In this document: piece after piece, positions 23,445 to 33,280 of the stretch | Position numbering within the stretch: position 1 is the first letter of the stretch | How the letters are laid out: each line of letters opens with the position of its first letter | Source: a virus | Lineage: Duplodnaviria > Caudoviricetes | Virus record (IMG/VR): IMGVR_UViG_3300035491_000246 | Location: 1 to 33,347 of that record | Length of the DNA: 33,347 nt | Strand: one strand, 5' to 3' | Position numbers and translations under genes: made by a program | The notes under the pieces: generated by a model | Told to the model about the DNA's origin: nothing | Databases searched by the model: none | Seen by the model: the letters and a program-made list of their open reading frames with translations, nothing else

Positions 23445-26306
23445 ATGTCATCACGCAGCCTGGGGCAACTGACCCTCGATCTGATCGCAAAAACCGGTTC
23501 ATTCACCGGCCCGCTCGATCAGGCCTCGCGCAACGCCCGCAAAAACATGGATGACGTGGGTTCCAGCGTCACCAAGGCCGCCACCGCCCTGGCATCGCTC
23601 GGTGCGGCCAGCGCCGGGGCCATGGGTGCCATGGTGCTGTCGGTGGCCCAGTCCGCCAAGGAGCTGGAGCAGCTCACCACTCTGGCCAACGCCTCCAACG
23701 CTGAGTTTCAGCGTATGGCCTACGGTGCCAAGAGTGCCGGCGTGGAGCAGGACAAGCTGGCCAGCATCTTCAAGGACACCACCGATCGCATCGGGGAGTT
23801 CATGTCCCGCGGCGGCGGCGAGATGCAGGACTTCTTTGAAGAAATCGCCCCGCTGGTGGGAGTGACCGCTGAGCAGTTCAAGGGGCTGTCCGGCCCGGAG
23901 GCGCTGCAGCTCTATTACAACAGCCTGGAAAAAGCCAACGTGGGCCAGCAGCGGCTCACCTCCTACATGGAGCAGGTGGCGGACGATGCCACCGCCCTGA
24001 TCCCACTGCTGCAAAACAACGGCGAGAAGTTTCAGGCCATGGGGGACGAGGCCGAACGGCTCGGGCTGGTGCTGAGTGATCTGGAACTGGACCAGCTGAA
24101 AGACGCCAGCGCCGCCATTGATGCCATGCAAGCAGCCATGCAGGGGGCCACCAACCAGCTGGTGGTGGGCATGCTGCCGGCCATCAACGAGTTCACCGAC
24201 TTCCTGCGTGACGAGAGCACGCTCAATGGCATTGGTGCCATTATTGATGGCCTGGAAATGGTGGCCGATGTGGGCGCAGTGGCCGCCCTGGTATTGGGCT
24301 CGCGTTTTGTAAGCTCGGTCAGTGCCAGCGGCTTTGCCATGATCGCCGCCAACTTAGAGGCAACTCGCTATCAGGCAACGCTGGCCAGAATGGCGGGTGT
24401 ATCGGCCACCACCGCCGCCGGCATTACCGCCATGAGCGTGGCAACCAGAGGCGCGTCGGCGGCCATGGCGCTGGTGGGTGGCCCGATGGGCGCCGTGATT
24501 CTGGCCGGTACCGCGCTCACCTACTTTGCCACTCGCGCCTCAGAAGCCGAGCGTGAAGCGGAAGAGCTGGATCGCCGTATCACGCAAATGGGCAATTCGT
24601 TCGAGGGCTTCACAGTAGCCCAGGCGGAGCGGGGGATTCTGGATTACACCGCCAAGCTGAAAGAGGCAGAGCGAGAACTCAGTACCGCAGAGGCCCGGCT
24701 GTTCTCGCTGAACAAGCGAATGGAAGAGTTTCCTGGCTCAGCGAAGTATGACGAGTGGAAAGAGGATGCCATTCGCGCCGCCGGTGCGGTGGATGACGCC
24801 CAGCAAAAAGTCGATGCCCTGAATGGCAACCTCGAGAAGCTGAACCAGCTGGCGCAGGGCGGTGCCGGCAAAGATCTGGCTGATGACGCCAACAAGGCCA
24901 GCAAGGCCTATGAAGAGCTCAACAAGCAGGTTGGCCAGCAGATCATCATGCTGAGTGCCAAGACCGATGCCGAACGGCTGGCTGCCCAGGTCGCCGCCGG
25001 CTACGTGGAAGGCCTGACCGAGACCGAGCTGGCGCAGATCCAGGCGTTGTATGAAGCCAGGGATGCGCTGGAAGCCAAGCTGGAAGCGGAAAAAGAGGCA
25101 ACCAAGCAAACCGAGCGCCGGGCAGAAGCCGGTCGCCGCGCGGCGGCAGCGGTGGCTGAGTCGGTGCAGGCATTGGTGGCCGAAGCCAACCAGCTGGGCA
25201 TGACCAATGAACAAATCCGGCTGAACGAGCTTCGAATCAAGGGCGCCACAGAGGCGCAATTGAAACAGGCCCGGGCGGCGCTGGAAGTGGTGGCAGCCCA
25301 CAAAGCGCAGGAAGACTACAAGCAGCTGCTGCTGGACCTGCGCACCGAAGAAGAGAAGCTGACCGACCAGTTGCATGAGCGGCTGGCGGTGCTTGATGCG
25401 ATCCGCAACCTGCCGCCGGAAGAACGGGAAAGCGCCGTTGGCCGCATTGCCGACGCCGCCTTTCAGGACGCCCCCGAGTTTGCCGGCTTGGCCCCGGAAA
25501 TCGGCGGCCCCTTTGGTGAGCTGGGCAAGATCGACGACGCCCAGGCCGAGCAGGAAGACTGGTACGCCCGCCAGCTGGAAATGCTGGAAGAGTTCCGGTC
25601 CCAGAAAGCGGAGCTGGCGGCGGAATGGGATGCCAAAGAGCAGTCGCTCAAGCAGCAGCATGAAGAGCAGATCGGGAAGATTGAGCAGGCGCGTCACATG
25701 GCTCAACTTTCTGCCGCAGCCAGTGTATTTGGCGATCTTGCCAATATGACACGGGAATTTGCTGGCGAGCAGTCTGGTATCTACAAAGCAATGTTTGCCG
25801 CCCAGCAGGCTGTGCAGATCGCCATGATACTTGCCAACACCGAAGTTGCGGCCGCGGCTGTGCTGGCACATGACGCCGGGATCCTTGGCCTCGGCGCTGT
25901 CGCCACCTCGAACCTTGTACGAACCATGGGGTATGCATCAGCGGGCATGGTTGCCGGGCTGGCAATTGGTGACCTCGCCGGCATGGCCCACGACGGTATC
26001 GACGCCATCCCCGAAGACGGTACCTGGTTCCTGCAAAAGGGCGAGCGGGTAACCACCGCCCAGACCAGCGACAAGCTGGATCGAACCTTGGAGCAGGTAC
26101 GCCAGGGGCAGCAGAACGGTGGAAGTGGCCCGGCCAATGTGACCGTCAACCTGATCGAGGACCGATCCCGCGCCGGCCAGGTAGAGCAACGTCAACGGGA
26201 AGACGGCAGCAGCGAGATCAACGCCTTTGTGGCCGATATCGGCAGCGGCGGCGAACGCGCCCAAATGCTTGAGCAAACCTATGGCCTGCAACGGAGGGGC
26301 CGTTAA
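23445..26306 (+). CDS. Tail tape measure protein (953 aa)
   Basis: SRSLGQLTLDLIAKTGSF N-terminus, Ala-rich coiled coil, GMAHDGID.IP..GTW.LQKGERV C-terminus. Confidence 0.94.
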   Translation: MSSRSLGQLTLDLIAKTGSFTGPLDQASRNARKNMDDVGSSVTKAATALASLGAASAGAMGAMVLSVAQSAKELEQLTTLANASNAEFQRMAYGAKSAGVEQDKLASIFKDTTDRIGEFMSRGGGEMQDFFEEIAPLVGVTAEQFKGLSGPEALQLYYNSLEKANVGQQRLTSYMEQVADDATALIPLLQNNGEKFQAMGDEAERLGLVLSDLELDQLKDASAAIDAMQAAMQGATNQLVVGMLPAINEFTDFLRDESTLNGIGAIIDGLEMVADVGAVAALVLGSRFVSSVSASGFAMIAANLEATRYQATLARMAGVSATTAAGITAMSVATRGASAAMALVGGPMGAVILAGTALTYFATRASEAEREAEELDRRITQMGNSFEGFTVAQAERGILDYTAKLKEAERELSTAEARLFSLNKRMEEFPGSAKYDEWKEDAIRAAGAVDDAQQKVDALNGNLEKLNQLAQGGAGKDLADDANKASKAYEELNKQVGQQIIMLSAKTDAERLAAQVAAGYVEGLTETELAQIQALYEARDALEAKLEAEKEATKQTERRAEAGRRAAAAVAESVQALVAEANQLGMTNEQIRLNELRIKGATEAQLKQARAALEVVAAHKAQEDYKQLLLDLRTEEEKLTDQLHERLAVLDAIRNLPPEERESAVGRIADAAFQDAPEFAGLAPEIGGPFGELGKIDDAQAEQEDWYARQLEMLEEFRSQKAELAAEWDAKEQSLKQQHEEQIGKIEQARHMAQLSAAASVFGDLANMTREFAGEQSGIYKAMFAAQQAVQIAMILANTEVAAAAVLAHDAGILGLGAVATSNLVRTMGYASAGMVAGLAIGDLAGMAHDGIDAIPEDGTWFLQKGERVTTAQTSDKLDRTLEQVRQGQQNGGSGPANVTVNLIEDRSRAGQVEQRQREDGSSEINAFVADIGSGGERAQMLEQTYGLQRRGR

Positions 26307-26767
26307 TGGCAACCACCATCGATTACCCCAGCCAGTTACCGCTGCCGCAGCAGTCGGGCTATGCCATACAGCACGTCAGCCCGCTGGTGCGGGTGGACAT
26401 GCAGAGCGGCCGCGCCCGCCAGCGCCGGCGGTTCACCTCGGTGCCGAGCTTGGTGAAGGTCAACTGGCTGATGAACGAGGTTCAGGCCCAGCTCTTTGAG
26501 GGCTGGTTCCGCTGGACCATTACCGACGGCGCCGACTGGTTTAACTGCCGTATCAAAACCCCCATGGGACTGCGGCCCTACGAGTGCCGGTTCACCGACA
26601 TCTACGACGGCCCGGTGTTTGTGACCACCAGCCTGTGGCGCTTTTCCGCCGAATTGGAAATCCGCGATCGGCAGACCATCAGCGCCCTAGACGCCCAGTT
26701 CCCCGACGAAATCATTCAATCCGACCTGTTCGACCGGACCGTGAACCAGCACTGGCCGGCATCCTGA
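26306..26767 (+). CDS. Distal tail (Dit-like) protein
   Basis: YP..LPLP...GY; GRARQRRRFTSVP; FEGWF...DGADWF; follows TMP. Confidence 0.8.
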   Translation: MATTIDYPSQLPLPQQSGYAIQHVSPLVRVDMQSGRARQRRRFTSVPSLVKVNWLMNEVQAQLFEGWFRWTITDGADWFNCRIKTPMGLRPYECRFTDIYDGPVFVTTSLWRFSAELEIRDRQTISALDAQFPDEIIQSDLFDRTVNQHWPAS

Positions 26768-26784
26768 TTTAGAGGTACCACAGC

Positions 26785-29493
26785 ATGACCCGATACAACA
26801 CTGGCAACCCGGTGGGCTCCGCCGATCCCCGCGACCGGGATGACAACAGCAAAAACCTGGACGAGCTGGTCAACAGTGCCACATCTACCAGCCACCCTGA
26901 TCGACTGGGTGTACCTCGTAAAACGTGGCATGGCATGGAGCAGGACTTCCAGAAGTTCTTACTTTCTTCTGGCTATATTGGCACCGGCGTCGATGGCGCG
27001 GTGGAGGATTACGCGGCAGGCATTGAGATCACAGCGATGAATCAGATTGTCCGTGCCGCCGGCGAGCTGTGGCGCATATCAGCCAGCACCTCGCTGCCCT
27101 ACACCACCACCGGCGCAGGTATGCCTGAGGGCGGCGCTTTTGTGAGCGTGGGGGATGCTTCGTTACGGCAGGAGCTGGCCGCGCCGGGCGGGGTGCTACA
27201 GGTACAGGGGGCGGTGGTTCATGTGGACACGCCGTCGGACCTGCCAGCGCTGGCTGATGCGGCCCGAGTTTATATAGTGCGCAGCGACGGCTCCAGATGG
27301 TGGTACGATGGGGCGGAATTCCACCGCATACCATACGATATACCCACAGCACTGGATTATTCCGAACCATCGGACATACCCAGTGGTGGGATGGTGTTTT
27401 TCCCTGATGGAGAGTACGAAATCCCCGTCGGAGTAGACACCTCGCGGTACTACGGACCCGGCATTATCGTTCAGGGCGGTAATCGACTCGCCATCGAGAG
27501 AGCGCACGTAGAGTGGTCTAAGTCTGCGCATGCTCTTGCGCATGACCTTAATTTCGGATACCCGGATGGCATTATTTTCCCTGAGGCGTGGCGGGCTCCA
27601 CAGGGTTTGGCATACTCTGAGCACGGCGCCCCGAGCTTATATTTGATGCAGGGCGTTGGGTCAGCGTCTTTTACTGATACTGAGGCGCATCGGATAGTCC
27701 AGTACCCGTACATTGGCGATGGATCTACTGCCAGCCCGGCAGATGTGTCCGGAGAGCTGCACATAGGACACCAAGGGCTCAGCAGCCTAGTTTTAGATGG
27801 AGTTCTATATCTTTACTCAGGCCTTCCTTCTTCCCCCGGTAATTCGGGGGAAGTGAACGCTGGTAAGGGATTCTCTCGCATAGAGTGGCGCGGTAATTTG
27901 ACGAATAACTCGGACGTCACATATTACCGTCTATTCGGCGAGCAGGGATCTGGCCATGTATTTGAAGAGTTCTATGGGGCAACTTCGGCTGTATCCACTT
28001 GCGGAAATTATGTCGCAATGGTGTGCCGTAAATCCGGCTCGAGCGTATCCTATTGGCTGTTCGTTTACGATCGGCTCGCAGTGGAAGGGGCGGCCGATCC
28101 GCTTGATGTGATGCCGCTGCACATGAATCAACTACCCCCTATCATGCAAGACCGGGTATTTTACTCGCAGGGTGTGGCGTGTGATGGTAAATACGTTTAC
28201 ACGTACAACGGATATATAAACCCGTTATTCCCTCAGCGCGTGCGCAAACTGGATTTGTCAGGTCGACCGGTCTCGTCGATTGCTGTTGATTCTGTTCGTG
28301 GGTATTACGGAGCAGAAAACCTATATAGTGGTCATACTACCCTTGGCTGCCCAAGAGCGATGGAGCCAGAGGGCATGTCTATATGCGGCGACGCACTGTT
28401 GTTGCTTACAACTGACAACTGGAGGGAATATGGGGATATTGTAGAGTACCAGGGTAATAATTTCGCATTCGTCGGGGAGTCGGGTGGCAATGACGCCCCT
28501 GATATTTCTAGAAATTCCGAGAATTGGGTGCTGACCAATCGCCCCGCCACCGCGGGTTCTTGGAGTTCGTCCGGAAGTTACACGCGCGGTGCAGAGACTC
28601 GCTATGGTAAAATGGTGACAATCCTAAAACGCGAAACTGACGCGGCTGGAGAATACCCAACATCTAGCGGCCTAGTAATATCTGATTCACCTGCACTGGT
28701 TCCGGTAGGGAACTCGGAACTCGATATGAGTTATCCGTATGGGGAAACCTTTCATTTGTCCTCTTACGGAACGCAAACAGGGAAGGCTTACAATCAAATA
28801 AGCATTTCGGCGTTTCGGCAATACCGGTTCTACGATTCAAGCCCAAGTGCAGACAATTCCAAATTCTCCCTGTTTTCGACTGACTTTAGAGACGGCGCCG
28901 AGCGGCTTGAGATTCGGGCAAGAAATAACTTTGCAAATGGCGCAGGGATTAACTTATACGGAAACTCGGAGCTAAACGGGAGGATTCGGTTTTACACAGG
29001 CGGGAGCATGTCACTAGAGCTGATGGCTCATGAGACCCGCCAGCTACGCCCAGGAACAGATAATTCCCAACAACTGGGCTCGCCCAGCTTTCGGTGGTCT
29101 GAGGTCTTCGCCGGGACTGGCACGATAAACACCTCAGACGAAAGGGAGAAGCAGCAGCAGCGAGCCCTGTCTCCGGCTGAACTTGCCGTGGGTAAAGGGC
29201 TGCTCGGTTTGGTGTCAGCGTACAAGTGGAATGCCGCTGTAGATCGTAAAGGCGCGGGTGCCAGGTGGCATTTTGGTGTGATGGCACAGGCCGTCGTTGA
29301 GCTTTTTGCACATCACGGTCTTAACGCTTTCGAGTACGGCGCGGTGTGCTACGACGAGTGGCTCGAAGATCCTGAGATCTTAGCTGAGGACGGTACAGTT
29401 ATCCAGCCACACGTACCAGATGGCGACCGATATGGGGTGCGGCCAGAGGAGTTGATGTGGCTCGCCATGGCAGCCATGGCGAGTGAATTATGA
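26785..29493 (+). CDS. Tailspike/receptor-binding protein with C-terminal intramolecular chaperone (Peptidase S74-like)
   Basis: Virion-anchor N-terminus YNTGNPVGS.DPRD..DN; C-terminal GTINTSDEREK...RWHFGVMAQ...YGVRPEEL; central part has different composition. Confidence 0.85.
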   Translation: MTRYNTGNPVGSADPRDRDDNSKNLDELVNSATSTSHPDRLGVPRKTWHGMEQDFQKFLLSSGYIGTGVDGAVEDYAAGIEITAMNQIVRAAGELWRISASTSLPYTTTGAGMPEGGAFVSVGDASLRQELAAPGGVLQVQGAVVHVDTPSDLPALADAARVYIVRSDGSRWWYDGAEFHRIPYDIPTALDYSEPSDIPSGGMVFFPDGEYEIPVGVDTSRYYGPGIIVQGGNRLAIERAHVEWSKSAHALAHDLNFGYPDGIIFPEAWRAPQGLAYSEHGAPSLYLMQGVGSASFTDTEAHRIVQYPYIGDGSTASPADVSGELHIGHQGLSSLVLDGVLYLYSGLPSSPGNSGEVNAGKGFSRIEWRGNLTNNSDVTYYRLFGEQGSGHVFEEFYGATSAVSTCGNYVAMVCRKSGSSVSYWLFVYDRLAVEGAADPLDVMPLHMNQLPPIMQDRVFYSQGVACDGKYVYTYNGYINPLFPQRVRKLDLSGRPVSSIAVDSVRGYYGAENLYSGHTTLGCPRAMEPEGMSICGDALLLLTTDNWREYGDIVEYQGNNFAFVGESGGNDAPDISRNSENWVLTNRPATAGSWSSSGSYTRGAETRYGKMVTILKRETDAAGEYPTSSGLVISDSPALVPVGNSELDMSYPYGETFHLSSYGTQTGKAYNQISISAFRQYRFYDSSPSADNSKFSLFSTDFRDGAERLEIRARNNFANGAGINLYGNSELNGRIRFYTGGSMSLELMAHETRQLRPGTDNSQQLGSPSFRWSEVFAGTGTINTSDEREKQQQRALSPAELAVGKGLLGLVSAYKWNAAVDRKGAGARWHFGVMAQAVVELFAHHGLNAFEYGAVCYDEWLEDPEILAEDGTVIQPHVPDGDRYGVRPEELMWLAMAAMASEL

Positions 29494-29972
29494 CCACCCT
29501 AAACACAGTCTACGCCTCCGCACCTACCTCCGAAGTTCTGATCCCCACACTCGAAATCCTCAGCCCCACCCCGCAGCGTATCTGCGGGGCGTATGAGGAC
29601 GTGACGGCGACGCTGGAGACTGCGGAAACGGTGACCTTTACCGCCGCCGGCATCGATGTCTCGTTGCCGGGGGCTGACACATCGGGCCAGCAGAAGCTGG
29701 CGTTCGCCATCGACAACGTGCTGGGCATTGCCCAGCAACACATCGACGAGGCGCTGGCCGCTGGGGGGAGGGTACCACTGATATTCCGCGCCTATCTGGC
29801 ATCCGACCTGTCCGCGCCGGCCCATCCCCCCATCGTCATGACCATGGTGGGCGCGGCGATGGAGGGGGCTCATCTGGAAGTACAGGGAGCCTATTATGAC
29901 CTGCTCAACACCGCCTGGCCCCGGGCCCGCTACACGGTGGCGTTCGCCCCCGGGCTCAAGTATTTCGGCTGA
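29490..29972 (+). CDS. DUF1833-like tail tip protein
   Basis: YASA, TLE, LAFAIDNVLG, R.YLASDLSAP, FAPGLKY. Confidence 0.8.
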   Translation: MTTLNTVYASAPTSEVLIPTLEILSPTPQRICGAYEDVTATLETAETVTFTAAGIDVSLPGADTSGQQKLAFAIDNVLGIAQQHIDEALAAGGRVPLIFRAYLASDLSAPAHPPIVMTMVGAAMEGAHLEVQGAYYDLLNTAWPRARYTVAFAPGLKYFG

Positions 29973-30396
29973 TCCGCTCACCCCCTACCTGCTGTCCCGC
30001 TATCGGGACCACGGCCGGGGCCCTGTCGAGTATGACTGCTGGGGCCTGACTCGCTGTGCCCGGCATCGGATCTATGGTCTGCCGCTGCTGCCCAGCTACG
30101 GCGCCATCTCCGCCGGCGACAAACCGGCGCTGACCCGGGCGGCGCGGGAGGTGATGGCCGGCGGGTTCCGGCCTACAGACCCGCTGCCGGGGGCCATCGC
30201 CACCTGCTGGCGGGGCCGACTGTGCACCCATGTGGCCCTGGTCATCGAGGTCGACGGCAGGCCGGCGGTGCTGGAAACCAACCAGGCGAGCGGCCCGCGC
30301 TGGCGGTGGCTGGCGGATTTTGCATCCACCCAACTCAAGGTGATCTACTACGATGATCGAAATATATCCCAGCACCCTGCCGGGCCTGCCGATTGA
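29896..30396 (+). CDS. NlpC/P60-like tail assembly protein
   Basis: Y.D.GRGP..YDCWGL and THVAL; ATG 29896 has a GGGAG SD but the true start is uncertain. Confidence 0.8.
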   Translation: MTCSTPPGPGPATRWRSPPGSSISADPLTPYLLSRYRDHGRGPVEYDCWGLTRCARHRIYGLPLLPSYGAISAGDKPALTRAAREVMAGGFRPTDPLPGAIATCWRGRLCTHVALVIEVDGRPAVLETNQASGPRWRWLADFASTQLKVIYYDDRNISQHPAGPAD

Positions 30397-33070
30397 AACC
30401 CACGATGTGCATGGCGTCACACTGCACGACTGGCTGACCGACAACGTACCCGGTTACCGGCCGGGGCCGGAGCAGCCGATCAGCGCCACCGTGGCCGGCC
30501 TGGTGATACCGCCGGAGCAGTGGCCGGTGCTGCAGATAGCCACCGGCACCGTGGTAGAGCTGCGGGTACAACCGGCGGGCGATCCCATTACCTGGGCGGT
30601 GGTCGGCGCCCTGGTGCTGAGTGCCGCCTCGTTTTTTCTCAAGCCGTCCATTCCCAACATCAACCGCAGCAATGCCCAGCAGGGGCAGCGGATCAGCGCG
30701 GTGGAGGCCGAGGCCAACACGCCCAAGTTGGGCGACGTGATCCCCGAACTGGCCGGGCGGCACAAGCGGTTTCCGGATTACCTGTGCCAGCCGCGCCGCT
30801 ACTTTATCAATCCGCGCACCCAGGCGCTCGACGTGATGCTGTGCATTGGGGCGGGCGAATTCGATTTGCCGGAGTCACAGATCCGCATTGGTAAAACGCC
30901 AATGCAGGGACTGGGCGCCAACGTGATCAAGCAGGTATTCGCACCCGGCGAGGATGTGACTGTGCACCCGGCCCACCGCAACTGGTACAACGCCCCAGAA
31001 GTGGGGGCCAGCACCGGCTCTGCCGGGTTGCGGCTGAAGGCCGGCAACGACATCACCCAGGTGCTGGATGCGTCGGTTGTGCAGTTCGACGGGGCCAGCA
31101 TCACGGTGCCGGCTGGGGCGGGCATTCCCCCGGCGGATTGGGCGGTGGATATGCTGCTGCAGGTGGCCCTGCTGGACCGTACCGTTGAAGTGATCGACGG
31201 CGGCGTGGTGGAGGGGGTGTATCAGCGCGACCGGCTGCGCGGCCAGTTTGCCGACCTGGCGCTGACCGTGGGGGATGCCATTACCATCACCGGCACCGCT
31301 ATCGCGGGCGACTACCTGGTGCACAGCATCGAGCTGGATGTGGATTCGTCAGGCTATGACGAGCTGAGGCTGTCGCACCCTGACCTCACCCCGGTGGCAT
31401 TCCTCAAGGCCGGCACCTATATCGTCGACATGGATTACACCGGGGTACGCTACCGCATCGATACCCTGGTCACCGAGGCCGAGGTGCTCAGGGGATGGAC
31501 GGTCACCAAGCTGTTGCCGAACGGCGGTGAAGATATCGGCTGGCCCGGGTTTCCGGCGGTCACCACCAGTGACCATGAGATTTCCCTGGATGCCAGCGGC
31601 ATCGCCGGCGGCTGGTCCGGTCCATTTCTTGGTTGCCCGGAGGGCGAGGTCACCTCTGTCATCGAGTGGGACATTTTCGCCCCCCAGGGGCTCGGCAAAC
31701 TTGACGACAACGGCAACATTAAAACCGTTACCCGCAACCTGGAACTGCAGTACCGGGAACTGGGTGCCGATACCTGGACGCCGGTGCAGGAAGTGATCAC
31801 GGCAAACACCCGTGACCAGCTCGGATGGACCTTCTCGGTCAACCTGCCGTCGGCGATGACGCCGGAAGTCCGGGTGCGCCGCATCGGCGCCGAAGACACC
31901 TCGACCCAGGCCATGGATCGGCTGGAATGGTACGGCCTGCGTAGCCTGCTGCCGCCGGCGACCAGCTACCCGGGAGTAACCACAATGGCGCTGACGCTGA
32001 TCGGCTCCGACACCATCGCCAGCCAGACCGAAAACCAGATCAGCGTGGTGGCCACCCGCCGGTTGCCCCGCCGGGTGGATGGCACCTGGACGGAGCCGGT
32101 GCCAACCCGGGACATTGCGCCCTGGGTCGCGCACATCGCCAGGTCCATCGGCTACGTGGACAGCGAAATAGACCTGCTCGAACTCGATCGGCTGGACGCT
32201 ATCTGGCAGGGGAGGCAGGACCACTTCGACTTCATCGTCAACAAGGAAACCACGGTAAAAGGCGCCCTGGATCAGGCGCTGCTGGCCGGGTTCGCCGAAC
32301 TCACCATCGATAACGGCCGCATCCGCCCCGTTCGCGACGAGCCGCGCAACACTTTCGAGCACATGTACACCACCCAGAACATGACCGCACCGCTGCGGCG
32401 GGCGGTATCGATGCCCAAGCCGGACGACGCCGATGGCGTGGATGTGGAGTACATGGACAGCGACACCTGGACCAAATCGACGGTCGAGTGTCGGCTGCCG
32501 GGAGACGAGGGCCGGAAGGTCGAAAAGATCACCCTGGACGGCGTGACCGATCGTACCCGGGCCTGGCGCATCGGCATGCGGCAACGGCGTATGAGCAAAT
32601 ACCGGCGCTGGAAATACAATTTCAGCACCGAGCTGGACGCCCTGAACAGCCGCTACCTGAGCTACTGCGCCCTGGGCGATGACGTGCCCGGCTACGGCCA
32701 GAGCGCGTGGATCAAGGGCGTAATGGGCGCCGGTGGCGGGGTGGCGCGGCTGCAGGTGAGTGAGCCGCTGCAGTGGCAGGATGGAGCAGATCACGTGCTG
32801 GCCTGGCGCCGGCCAGACGGCACCCTGGCCGGGCCATACCCGGCCACCAAGGGCGAGGATGACTTCGAGGTGCTGGTCACCATGCCGCAACCCTGGCCCG
32901 ACCCGGACACCCGGCAGGAGCCACCGCACATCCTGTTCGGTACCACCGAGCGATGGACCTACCCTGCGCTTATCCGCCGCATCAACCCCCAGGGCATGGA
33001 GACCGTGCAGGTCGAGGCGGAGAACTACCACCCGCTGGTGTATGCGGATGATGATGGGAGTCCGCCGTGA
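30353..33070 (+). CDS. Host-specificity/central tail tip protein (TipJ-like)
   Basis: 905 aa; N-terminal ubiquitin-like + TM segment, LGDVIPE.AG, PTRDIAPW, DGVDVEY, AWRIGMR, VYADDD. Confidence 0.88.
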   Translation: MIEIYPSTLPGLPIETHDVHGVTLHDWLTDNVPGYRPGPEQPISATVAGLVIPPEQWPVLQIATGTVVELRVQPAGDPITWAVVGALVLSAASFFLKPSIPNINRSNAQQGQRISAVEAEANTPKLGDVIPELAGRHKRFPDYLCQPRRYFINPRTQALDVMLCIGAGEFDLPESQIRIGKTPMQGLGANVIKQVFAPGEDVTVHPAHRNWYNAPEVGASTGSAGLRLKAGNDITQVLDASVVQFDGASITVPAGAGIPPADWAVDMLLQVALLDRTVEVIDGGVVEGVYQRDRLRGQFADLALTVGDAITITGTAIAGDYLVHSIELDVDSSGYDELRLSHPDLTPVAFLKAGTYIVDMDYTGVRYRIDTLVTEAEVLRGWTVTKLLPNGGEDIGWPGFPAVTTSDHEISLDASGIAGGWSGPFLGCPEGEVTSVIEWDIFAPQGLGKLDDNGNIKTVTRNLELQYRELGADTWTPVQEVITANTRDQLGWTFSVNLPSAMTPEVRVRRIGAEDTSTQAMDRLEWYGLRSLLPPATSYPGVTTMALTLIGSDTIASQTENQISVVATRRLPRRVDGTWTEPVPTRDIAPWVAHIARSIGYVDSEIDLLELDRLDAIWQGRQDHFDFIVNKETTVKGALDQALLAGFAELTIDNGRIRPVRDEPRNTFEHMYTTQNMTAPLRRAVSMPKPDDADGVDVEYMDSDTWTKSTVECRLPGDEGRKVEKITLDGVTDRTRAWRIGMRQRRMSKYRRWKYNFSTELDALNSRYLSYCALGDDVPGYGQSAWIKGVMGAGGGVARLQVSEPLQWQDGADHVLAWRRPDGTLAGPYPATKGEDDFEVLVTMPQPWPDPDTRQEPPHILFGTTERWTYPALIRRINPQGMETVQVEAENYHPLVYADDDGSPP

Positions 33071-33077
33071 CAGGTAC

Positions 33078-33102
33078 AAAAAAGCCCGCCGGGTGGCGGG
33101 CT
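33078..33102. terminator. Terminator hairpin at the end of the late operon
   Basis: AAAAAAGCCCGCC-GGGT-GGCGGGCT. Confidence 0.75.
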
Positions 33103-33220
33103 GATTAATGGCTGTTTCTGGGGAAGATAAAGCGGTGGCAACTCGGTAAAACAAGGCATTACAGGGGAGTTATGTTCCCCGTAACCACCGCCAAACCCGC
33201 AAAAACAAAGGTTATGAAGG

Positions 33221-33280
33221 GGGATTTAAAATCCCTCGCTGGTAACAGCGTGCCGGTTCAAGTCCGGCTCCGGGCACCAT
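33221..33280 (+). repeat. attR core, 60-bp duplicate of the tRNA-Leu 3' part
   Basis: Identical to 68-127; lacks the tRNA 5' part. Confidence 0.97.

Larger units (their letters stand above)
68..33280. mobile_element. Complete lambdoid prophage (HK97-like head, long non-contractile tail), 33,153-bp unit
   Basis: att repeats at both ends, integrase next to attL, and full immunity, replication, lysis, head and tail modules in canonical order. Confidence 0.97.

Noticed and set aside
29896-29972. NlpC/P60 gene as a pseudogene lacking a start near the upstream stop
   Set aside because: ATG 29896 has a GGGAG SD at suitable spacing and the frame is intact; a 77-bp overlap is acceptable.
26785-33070. 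Diversity-generating retroelement or invertible tail-fibre cassette
   Set aside because: No reverse transcriptase, invertase, TR/VR pair or flanking inverted repeats seen.
33221-33279. Second tRNA-Leu gene
   Set aside because: Lacks the 5' acceptor strand and D-arm; it is the att duplicate.
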